Assembly (NCBI GenBank): GCA_026023565.1
Contig: JAPETS010000013.1
Span: 558,001-622,000, forward strand
Source of the DNA: Cirrosporium novae-zelandiae
Taxonomy: Eukaryota
Length of the DNA stretch: 64,000 nt
Direction of reading: 5' to 3'
How positions within the stretch are numbered: position 1 is the first letter of the stretch; each line of letters starts with the position of its first letter. A program made the translations under genes and the position numbers. Under the pieces are notes generated by a model. It saw only the letters and a list, made by a program, of their open reading frames with translations. It was not told where the DNA came from and made no database searches. Positions 54,210 through 64,000 of this stretch are shown here, in pieces.

Positions 54210-55447
54210 CTAACAGCTGCCAGAGCTCCCGGTTCTATTGAAATACATCTCAATCTTTGAAATATGCAAGATGCTATCCGATCTAGGTGGTCCAGCACTC
54301 CATTCCGAGTTCCCATTACTGCAGTCAAGTAAATTAGACCTAAAATCCGCCAATATAGTCCAGAAGGCATGAAAAGGGGCAGTGTGACTTACCTCCAGTT
54401 GTTCCAAATCCAGCTGCCTGCAACATTTGGAACATTCTCGGTAAGCGTCACCTGCGGAACACCGTCAAGGTAAAACATCGTTTTGCCCGGAACCCAGTCA
54501 ACGCGGTATTCGTGTGTAGTGGTGGTTGCGTCTGAAGGTAGAGCTTTAGTTTTATATGTCGAATCCCCACCATGGCGAGCTTCATTGGTGTAATAAACAC
54601 CTTGGTTAAGGTGTGCAGTTAGAATCTCGATGTCGGTTTCTTGCGAGTCGGACTTGTAGAAGAAGAAACCTGAAATGGTTAGCTGTCATGAGAATCTAAG
54701 GAAATAAGATAAAGCACACCATGACAAGTTCCAGCTACCTTGCTCACTTGTGCAGTAGTCCGGACAGACCCATATAAGATATCTTGGACGGCCGTAATAA
54801 CCTCGGCCCCCTTGATGGGACTAGAACTCTGGCCCCCAGGAACCTTCAGTTGCAGAGTTCCACTTTCAACAGCCACATTAGCACGAGTATATTTTTGCGA
54901 GTATGGTGCATTTCCTGCCGGTATGCTATCGGTACTGATCTTGAGTTTTCCGGATGGAAATGCACCAAGTTGAGAGAAATCGACGGTCATGGATTGCGTG
55001 AACCCCCCGGCACCATGAACAGACCAAAGGCATCCGGATTTGGTTGGAGTCGCCGAGGAGAGCGATGAAGTTTTGCTGTGGGTGGTCTTTGTGGAAGACT
55101 TGGTGGAACTGGACCTAATGCTAGAGGATACCCGACAAAATCCAAATGCCTTTTGGCAACCCGTCCCGCAATAAGCTGCTGTGTTCCCTATATGATTATA
55201 TTAAAAATGCTTGCTGAATAGGGCCCTTATGCTGCACAATACCACAATATCCATAAGTCGAGCAACACGCTCCTCCATAGGAATTGCTCGGATCGCATGT
55301 ATAACCCTTATTATTCCCTGCACCCTTGTTCCCACAGGTGTTGTTAGGAGTTTTGGTGCGTTTTGCAAAGCCATGAAGCGGATTGGCAACAACCAATGAA
55401 GGGGCTGCCACGAAAAAGACAAAAAGAAGAGCTTTGATAGTAGACAT
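54210..55447 (-). CDS. Secreted GH16 glycoside hydrolase with N-terminal CBM18 (hevein-type) domain (4 exons)
   Basis: Signal peptide; CCSTYGYCG-NTAAYCGTGCQKAFGFC; LYGSVRT, FFFYKSDSQETDIEILT (ExDxE), HEYRVDW, WNNWSNG. Confidence 0.88.
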
Positions 55448-56198
55448 TTTGTATGTGGATGTAGGATTCCATTTTCCAAGTCGCTGCGCAGAGCGCGCTT
55501 TATACAATCCATGGAAAGGTAATCACGATGATACAACGAAACAAATCTTAAAGCACAAAGTATAGAGTGGGGAACAATGCCCAAGGATTCCATGAAGTAT
55601 ATGGATGCTAATCTTTAGGTCATTGCACCGTCACATTGCCAAATGAGCATTGTGGCTGTTTATTGAAGGAAATTCTATGATATGCAAAGGGAAATAAACC
55701 GAGCCTGGAGAAATAACTTAGGAAGATGAGGTTGTTTCAAACTATCCTAGCAGGGGCGGCTGTGCCGTCCCGTAAGGCTTTCTGCCATCTTCATGACTTG
55801 AAGTCAGGCAGTCAGAGTACCTCGGAAACTATATATCTTTTGACAATATGATCAATATTATATGTAGATGACTTGCATCGCAATGACTGTCAAAACTATC
55901 ATGGAAAACATGTGGCATACGCGCAAAACTCATACCTGATATTTGCAGCTTCAACTTAACAAAAGCGTTGAGTCTAGCGAAGGATCAATAAAGGAGAGGA
56001 GCCTTGGGCTAATCGTATGTTCCAAGAATTAAGAAGGACGCTTCAACTTGAATCTCTTAAAATTGCTGCAACAACATATATGACTATAGTAACTAAGACT
56101 TTGAGACATTGTAGATAGGTAAACGATGGCGATGGTGAGGGTGACACAAGGTTATTTCTCAATCCACGAGGAGTTTTATTGCGAGGAAATCCGGGACC

Positions 56199-57001
56199 GT
56201 GGTATCAGGCGAAATAATCCCCAGTACAAACTCAAATTATAATTTTCTCTAACCACATGGGGCAGTCATCATACTAAACATCGCCTAGCGGTTACTTAAA
56301 GTAGTTAATTTCCGTGTGGAGCAGCTCCACCGTACTAAGGATTATTTCGCCTGATGCCACAATAAAGTATTAAGTTTACATCCCGTGATCCGTTATCCTC
56401 TGGGCTATCCACAGATAATGCACAAAGGTTATGTAAGAATTATGATAGGTCAGATAACTACTTCTGACGAATGACGTTGAGCCTTAAGATCTTATCATTG
56501 GGTCAATTCACCTTCTAGTTTGAACCCCCCTGTGGACAATCTAGGGAGCACGTGCCTGACAAAAAAAGCCACACTCACAAATTTGATTCCCTGGATATTT
56601 GATACTTCACAATTTTTTAAAATAATTATAATGACGACGTGTGTTAATTCAACAATAGTTTATTAATTTACTGTCGTCAATTATAATTATTTATTATTAT
56701 TGTGTTGTGGTTAAATTTTTATATATCAATTACACTATCCCCTAAAGCGTCTTCCAATGGCTATCGCTAGCAGGGGGGGTAAAACTGGGGGATCAATTGG
56801 TCCAATGATAAGATCTTGAGGCTCAATATAATTCAGCAAAAAACTTGATACCTGATTCTGCCTGAAAATGGCTATCTGACCTATCATAATCCTTACATAA
56901 CATCCCTACTAGCGGTAGCCATTGGAAGACGGTTTAGGAGATTCTGTGAGAAAACTGGTGAGGAACAATTTGTGAGTGTGGCTTTTGTTGTCAGGCGCGT
57001 G
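56199..57001. repeat. Cluster of nested inverted repeats / MITE-like relics
   Basis: IR pairs 56199-56227/56332-56360, 56549-56583/56967-57001, 56620-56638/56673-56692 and 56741-56770/56909-56938, plus an inverted core duplication 56428-56532/56771-56901. Confidence 0.85.
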
Positions 57002-57774
57002 GGGAGTACGCAGTAATTATAACCCTAAGGTCAATAAGATTTGGCCCCTTGACAACCTTCCCAGCCACTCTACTGATTGATTGATTGATTGATCGATTGA
57101 TTCATACATCGATCTCACCGCCAAAGGCGGTTATGCGGAAGGGGGTCTACGCTAATGAAATTCCCGCTCTTATACCGAAACAAAGAAAAATAATCGCTCC
57201 AACCTCTTTGTCCCCTGCTGCCTGAGGCTTCTCCGTCTGTAATTCGGCTTCGTATTAGACATCAGTTATTGAAACGACCGCCGAAAGCTGCCTGCTCCTC
57301 ATACATATATATCCCCTTGTTTTGTTTTGTTTTCCCTCGTTTTGCTTATTCCGTTTAATGTTCTTCTTTCTGCTTTTGCGTTATGCGGATGAGGAAAATA
57401 AAGCCACTCTATTGCATCTTATTCAAACAAGGCAAAATTCCATCATCAACCCCATCTCAGTTCAACATTAATGGCTCTGATTGTTAAAGAATTCTATCAT
57501 GTTATTCTTCACCCAATGAAACCGGGGGTTGTGTTAATAATAACGGGACCTGGGCCTGGTAAATATGCATAGACCATAACTCGTTAGAGAGGCTCCTCAT
57601 AAGCTAGTTGATTCAGACTGTAACTGGATTGTAACATCTCTAAGCACCCAGTGAGTCCTGTCCTGTGGGCACGAACAAGGGAAACGGGTGTCTATACCGT
57701 CTAACATGTTGATGAGACCTCTCGCTGGAATAAACATGAATGTGCACCATCATCGAAGACGGAGTTTGGTCAGG

Positions 57775-58265
57775 TTAGTGTTCAGCCTCCTCACCTGAAC
57801 CGTCAGCCGCCGACCTCACCCTCTTACGTCTGCCTTGGTGAGGATTAGTAGGCTCCCCAACCTCCCCTATAGCTATGCGTAGCCGTTGCCGTTGTCGTTG
57901 GTGTTGATTTGCCTGATTTGCCTGATTTGCCTGATTTGCCTGATTGTCTATGCTCGCTCTCTCTCGCCATCTGGCAAGAATCTCGTCTTCCTCTTTGTTT
58001 TCAAGTTTATGAAACGAAGCATGATGACCACAACCGTCACAGGTAAACGTGGTGCTAGCCTTGGTCGGATTCAGCATGAATCGAAGGCATGGGCATCCTG
58101 GAGATACCAGGGAGGATTTGTGTTGACATGGGCCTCTGGGTGGAGTGTAATTCATCTAATTCCGATTCATCAGCATATACATTCATGCGCAGGGCTAGAA
58201 TCAAGTAAAACGCATACCTGCTTCCAGATGTCAATCCCTTGGTTTGGAATGATAGTATAGGCCAT
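57775..58265 (-). CDS. Small hypothetical protein with a Cys/His cluster (2 exons)
   Basis: MAYTIIPNQGIDIWKQ joined by a GTATGC..TAG intron to MNYTPPRGPC..CPCLRF..CDGCGHHASFH; alternative in-frame ATG at 58337; (TTTGCCTGA)x4 encodes NQA repeats. Confidence 0.7.
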
Positions 58266-58700
58266 CCTCTGGACGAGAGTGTCTTCTCTTATTGATTGGT
58301 TCCAGATATTAAAGATGTCATAAAAGTTATTGGACATAGAAATCGTACGGGAATAAGTTACTAAATAGGAAATCCTAATAGCCCGTCAGATAGTCTAGAA
58401 GCGATAGTATTAGGTTAGCTGAATGTGGAAAATTCAGAATTGTTTTCTATTAGTTAACCTTTAAGTCAATAGAAGCCGATAACCTTGGTGGACTATTATG
58501 ACGCAAACAAAGCAAACATCTACTGAGTAGATCAGAAATTTACTTCGGTACCAGCCACACTCAAACGACAATCGAGACTAGACACCAAATTAAATTTTGC
58601 AACTACACTTCTAGCAGCTCTAAGAATTCAATAATACCAGCTTTTCACCCTCGATTATCCATAATTTGCGATCTGAAATTCAAAAAAAAAACTACCAAAG

Positions 58701-59668
58701 ATGCCAGCTCCGACGGCATTACAGCGCCAACCCGAGGAGCTAAGCTCTGAAATCCAATCCACCCCACATTTCCGGTCCACAGGTGCAGAAGAAGACATAC
58801 GTATCGAGTCAACTCCTCAGCTCATTACAGCCGACCGATCCTCTACACAAATGGAAGAAGATACAGAGATGGCGATAGACTCTGAGGGTCGACCACGCTT
58901 CCCAAAAGCGAAAACTGATAGTGATTTTTACAAAGTTGAACACCGCACAGTCAGGATCCCGCCAAATCGTCTGTCGGGTCTTAAAGCATATTGGCCGCAA
59001 ATATATCCCCCGCTGGTTGAGCATTTGAAGCTCCAAACAAGAGTGAATATAAAGAACCGATGTGTCGAGCTGAGGACCAGCAAACACACAGCCGATGGCG
59101 GCAGTAGCTTGCAGAAAGGAGAGGACTTTGTGAAAGCTTTCTGCCTAGGTTTTGACATTGCTGATGCAGTAGCATTATTGCGTCTTGACGATCTGTATAT
59201 CGAGACTTTCGAGGTAGTACCCTATGCTTATCTCTAAACGGTCTCCAGTGCTAAATACCATTCACCAATAGATTAAAGATGTGAAGCGGTTAGAAGGGGA
59301 GCATTTAAGTCGGGCAATCGGCCGAATAGCTGGAAAGGATGGGAAAATGAAGTTTTCGATCGAGGTACCTAAAAGGCCTTGCCCTTGCGTTCAAAGATAC
59401 CTTGTTGACTAAGGGCCATACAGAATGCTTCACGAACTAGAATCGTCCTGGCAAATTCCACCGTACATATACTCGGTGGCTTTTCCAATATCCACATTGC
59501 GAGAGAGGCGATATGCTGTATGGCCTTCCTTGCCACTATTATTAATGCTGTTGGCGGGTGAGAACAATGAACGCTGATGATTTAATAGCACTCATATTAG
59601 GAAGCCCGCCTGGAAAAGTGTACGGCAACCTGAGGACAGTAGCGAGTAGGATGAAGGAGCGATTCTAA
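58701..59668 (+). CDS. PNO1: Pre-rRNA-processing KH-domain protein Pno1/Dim2 (4 exons)
   Basis: [77 protein letters not shown]. Confidence 0.96.
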
Positions 59669-60086
59669 ATAATGAAGGGCGACTAAGTAAAATTTTTGTT
59701 TCCATTATATATGGAGTTTGAGAAATGGCAACCTGGGCATATGCTAGTTATGGAAGTTAAAAATCACAACGGCGTTTGGGGAAACGAAACCAGGATATGA
59801 ATTGTCCCACCATGAGGGCTAGAAGCCTCACAAAGAACCTGAACTTAGATGAAATTATATCCCAAGGGAAATATTGATACAGAGGTTAGCAAATTCAGGC
59901 TTCACTATGAATTTCAAGTCCATCTTCATGAAGAGAGAAGCCGTGATATAGAGCATTACATTATGCACACGGCACGAACTTGACATGCCAGATTTATCTG
60001 GATGATCATCAACTGAGGAGTAAAATATCGAGACTCCTTCCCGTTCTATTCTATTTATCCCCAGCCTGCATTCATTCTCACATATT

Positions 60087-60932
60087 CTAATCCCGTTTCA
60101 ACGGCTCAATAATTTCTTCAATCCCATCTGCTGTAACCACCAACATCTGCAATCCATCTCCCACCTCGATGTGCCTTTCCACAGCACTTGTGAATGCATC
60201 CCTCACCAACGCCTCCACATCCCTCCTTGGCAACGGCTCCGCCTTCCTGGCCTGCAATTCATGTCCTTGTCCACTTCCCGGGATATACTGGTTCTTGAAG
60301 TTGACCTGGTTGTCAAGGAAAGGCATGATGAGACTACTTGCGGCACCTGCAGCTCTGCACTGTTCACGTTCATAGGAACCGACAGGGTCGTAGGAGTAGA
60401 GAGCGCCCTTGCCCTCATCATCTAGACCGCCGAGAATGGCGTTGACGTAGTAAGGGAAAAATCGCTTCTGGTAAAGAATCGTAGATAATCTTTGTGCGCA
60501 CGCCTTTAAGCTCATGGGCTTTCCGTGTTGATATCTATACATCTTCACCACGGTATCTAGCCTCTCTTTCAACGCTCTCCCATCGGCAGCAAAGCCACAA
60601 ACTGACAGTACCATAGTAGCATTCTTGCCGGTATCATCATCCCCCCCAATACGGAAGACTTTAGGAGCGAAGCGGGTGTTGATGTTGTAGCCGGAAGTGG
60701 AACGAGTATCACCAGCGAGAATAGCGAAGTCGGTGCCTGCAATACCTAGCGTAGAGCCGCCATTGTCCGTATAACTATCAAGATGTTAGCTCAGCTGATG
60801 ACGAAGAGGACGCATGACATTGTACGGGTAGAAACCATGCTGCTGAGGACCAGCGGCGGTTGCAGTGGGTGTCTGGGAGAATGAATAGGTTGGTCCATTT
60901 GTTATGGAAGAATGGCCAAGGAGAGAAGTCAT
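60087..60932 (-). CDS. PRE7: 20S proteasome subunit beta-6 (2 exons)
   Basis: FYP-YTDNGGSTLGIAG, GDTR, GFAADG, LYQKRFFPYY, YSYDPVGSYERE, ERHIEVGDGL, C-terminal LKRD. Confidence 0.96.
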
Positions 60933-61233
60933 GATGGGCGTAGATAACACAGTAAGGACAATATGGTAGAGAGGGAAAATGAACGTTTAAACTTGAAAGC
61001 AAGGATAAGCGTAGAAAATGTTGGTAATATCTCCAAGATTCAACCTTCCAAGCAAGCTACATCAGTTGAACGCGAAGCTTGGTTGCCTTTTCGGCGTCTG
61101 GAACTTTACCGCTATCCGATTACCGCTCCCGCAGTTTATGTTTATTTAGCCGCAGCCAATCAGCGTTATCGCTCAACTTTTTAGATATGAGATTCTGTAA
61201 ATGCCATCAACATGCCATGAACGTTGACCAAAC

Positions 61234-62283
61234 ATGCTCGGTCTTGGAGCATATGAAAGCAGCAGCAGTGACGAAGAGCCAGAGGAGACGAAAATCCCAT
61301 CTCCTTCAGGGGTGAAGGTAACCTCTCTTTTTGTTTTTAAGTTACAGTTCATCCACCAAACCGCTAACATCCAAAGGCCAGACCGGGAATGGTACTGTAG
61401 AAAAGCTAGCAGTGCAATCATCAAGACCTTTAAGTATGAAATACACAAAATCATGAAAACAACCTAATACATATTCTAAAAAAGCAACCCAGATGGCTCC
61501 AAGGACCCCGATGTCCTCCCCTCAGCTCCATCCGCCGAACCACCTCCGATCACCTCTCCTCAACCGGGCCCTCTAATAGGACCCCCAGCGCCTTCAAAAT
61601 CCCCATCCACCACTCCCCCACCCCCACCCGCATTAGCATCAGCATCGGCATCGGCATCCAACACCCCGCCCTCCCCACACACCTCCACCCGCAACTACAT
61701 TCACACACTAACCCTTCCCCCCAAACCAAACATGGATTTCCCACCCTCACCCCCGGGCTCACCGCCCCCCGGATCCACACAAAAATTCACGCACTTTCTC
61801 AACCTCAAGAAACAAGGAATCCACTTCAACTCCAAGCTGGCGGGGAGCTCCAGCCTAAAGAACCCAGGCCTTCTAGAGAAGCTGCTGTCGCACGCGGGTC
61901 TGGGGGGGCGGGAGCAGTACCGATCAGCGCTGGATAAGGGGATTTGGGACCCGAGCGGTCTGCCGGAGGAGGCATTTGTGAGTCGTTTGAAAGTTCAGCA
62001 GAGGGAGTTGCAGGCGAGGGTGAAGAAGGATAGGACGAGGGTTGAGTTTGTTGGAGGGACGGCTGGGCTCAATGGGAATGGGAATGGGAATGGGAATGGG
62101 AACGGGGATGGGAATGGGAACGGGGATGGGAGTGGGAGTGTGAGTGGTAAGGGAACGCCAGCATCGCTCGCGGAACGGTTGAGGGGGGGCGGGGAAGACG
62201 GACTTGAGCTGGATAACCAAAAACCGATGTCCGATTGCGGCGAGTCATCCGAACCGCCGAAACGGAGGCGGAAGTGGGACTGA
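61234..62283 (+). CDS. HCNGP-like (SAP30BP family) protein (3 exons)
   Basis: MLGLGAYESSSSDEE N-terminus; PPSPPGSPPP..KFTHFLNLKKQGIHFNSKL..SLKNPGLLEKL; (GGGAAT)n encodes a GN repeat. Confidence 0.8.
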
Positions 62284-63210
62284 TATGTTTAGGATGATGA
62301 TGATTCATTCTCTTGTCCTTATATTACCTTTGGGCTATGACGGGATATTGATATATCTGGAAAACTACCCTAGGCCAAAGGCGAGATGTGAGGGTGCTAC
62401 GATTTCTAAAAATTGAAAAAAAAAATTGAAAATTGAAATGGTATGGAAAGAGAAAGGAGAGAGGAGAGGGGGGGGTGGAGTTCATTATTTCCACCTATGG
62501 ATAGGTACATACCATCAATACCATACCATTTATTACAAGAAATAAATGAAACCCCAAGGAAACAATACCAACCCCCCCCCCCATCAACCCTCAACTCCGT
62601 ATCCCCCATTCCCCACTCACACCCTTCCCAATTACCTACCTCAAAGATCCGTCAGCTTGCATCTGCGCCGAGTGAAGTGCAGTCAAGCTTTCGAGATACT
62701 TTTGCATCGGGGTCGAGAGTGCATCGTAGGCTACATATTGAGACGACTAGAGAGTGTTTCTACCTCCCCCACGAGGTGGTCCGGTCAACACCTTTAGTAA
62801 GATATACCTACCTATTCATCTCACAAACACCTTACGCCCAACACCTGAAACAATCCTACGCACGCGCACACTCTCCCATGAGTCTCATCTCGCCATCCCG
62901 GTAACCTAGTACTATCTTGCGAAGGAAGAAGAGAGAAATTTATGCAAAAAAGAAAAAAGAAGAAGAAGAAAAGAGAAGACAGAAGGCAGTTTCGAAGGGG
63001 TTTGAAGTCCATGTTGTCCAAGTCCCAAGTCCCAAATCCAAATCCCCCCCCCCCCCCTTTCCTTGTCCTGCCTTACCTTGGTTTTTGGTCCTACATTTTT
63101 TTTATTTTTAATTTTTTTCAAAAAAAACAAGAAGGAACCCCCCTTCCCCCTCATCTATCTAATTGACGTATATATAAGTATAATCAATAAATTACCACTG
63201 CTGCTGCTTA

Positions 63211-63238
63211 TTAGGGTTAGTAAATTGGTCACGTGACC
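63211..63238. promoter_or_regulatory. Telobox (TTAGGGTTAG) next to palindromic E-box GTCACGTGAC
   Basis: Both motifs lie within 30 bp in intergenic DNA; a target gene would be outside the window. Confidence 0.35.
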
Positions 63239-63895
63239 CCACTAATTATTTAGCTAACGATTCCCACACAAAGAATCTACAAAGTTTGTTCGTATTTTAT
63301 CTGCTCCAATACTTCTGCTGCTGCTGTTGCTGTTGCTCTTGCGATGTGTGTTTTTTATAATATGGTCATATGGGATTTTTTTCGTTTGGATTATCTAGAT
63401 ATATGAATACTATTCGTTTCCAGTGGTGATGGTTGCTACTAGAACATGAGTGTGTATATGTGTGTGTTTGGTATTGTACCGTATCGTATTCCTGAAATAG
63501 GGTGGTTTCCTAGATAAGGGAAGAAGGAAGAAGATAGGGGGATAGGAGATAGGCTAGGGGATATATTACTTCTTTTATTTTCATCTTATGGTTGGATAAT
63601 TGATGATAATGATGATGACGATGATGATGGGGGCTGAGCCTTTATATTGTAGGATGGATAGATGGATAGATAAGTTACAGGGTCCTAATGATCGCATATA
63701 TATATATTCGCCTGTACATCTAATATCTAATATTCACATAATAGAACTTCTCCTTTTCCTCCCCTCCACCCTCCAGGGACTACTTTTATATTTTTATATC
63801 AGGATGTCAAAGATCTCTGGCTGTTATCAAGCGTCAATCAAGTTTTGATATTCTCTTTCCCACGATTTATCATTGAAGCTTATCGTCGAATCCAT

Positions 63896-63902
<7 letters not shown>

Positions 63903-63934
<32 letters not shown>

Positions 63935-63941
63935 AGAGAAA
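63903..63941. repeat. (GA)n microsatellite / purine tract
   Basis: Directly visible. Confidence 0.9.
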
Positions 63942-64000
63942 GGTGTAAACTAAACCAAACCAAGCTAGCATGTCCTCCCCACGCGATAGAAATTTAGAAA

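Noticed and set aside
56199..57001. CRISPR-like interpretation of the ~30-bp repeats
   Set aside because: Repeats are inverted pairs of different sequences, not direct repeats with spacers; eukaryotic context with no cas genes
62650..62700. Small hairpin AGCTTG..CTGCGC/GTGCAG..CAAGCT, possible H/ACA snoRNA
   Set aside because: No convincing H box, second hairpin or ACA tail
63970..64000. Possible CDS start (MSSPRDRNLE) at the window edge
   Set aside because: Too short to support

Overview
Eukaryotic, intron-containing genomic DNA from a filamentous ascomycete (Pezizomycotina-type gene structures with GT-AG introns and CTRAY branch sites; the species cannot be determined from sequence alone). 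About 24 protein-coding genes were reconstructed. Most are housekeeping or conserved genes: Pac2/WOPR, OYE, UGGT, FIG1, EXO1, TMA16, MAM33, MED1, LPD1, SGD1, SRP14, GLN1, PGM-like, PNO1, PRE7 and an HCNGP-like gene. They are separated by AT-rich, microsatellite-rich intergenic DNA. No rRNA, tRNA, CRISPR array or autonomous transposon was recognised. Most notable: (1) an apparent stop-free fusion of a DUF218/YOR238W-like protein to aminodeoxychorismate lyase (Abz2); (2) a ~1,400-aa protein with a tandem H2B-like + H2A-like histone-fold doublet and five DxxDF(L/I)R-type repeats; (3) an ~800-bp cluster of nested and interleaved ~30-bp inverted repeats; (4) a dense HMG-box site cluster upstream of a small Cys/His protein; (5) a CorA-like pseudogene with RIP-type stops; (6) a hidden three-exon His/Tyr-rich orphan gene. 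All family assignments come from recognising motifs by eye, not from database searches. Exon models are manual.
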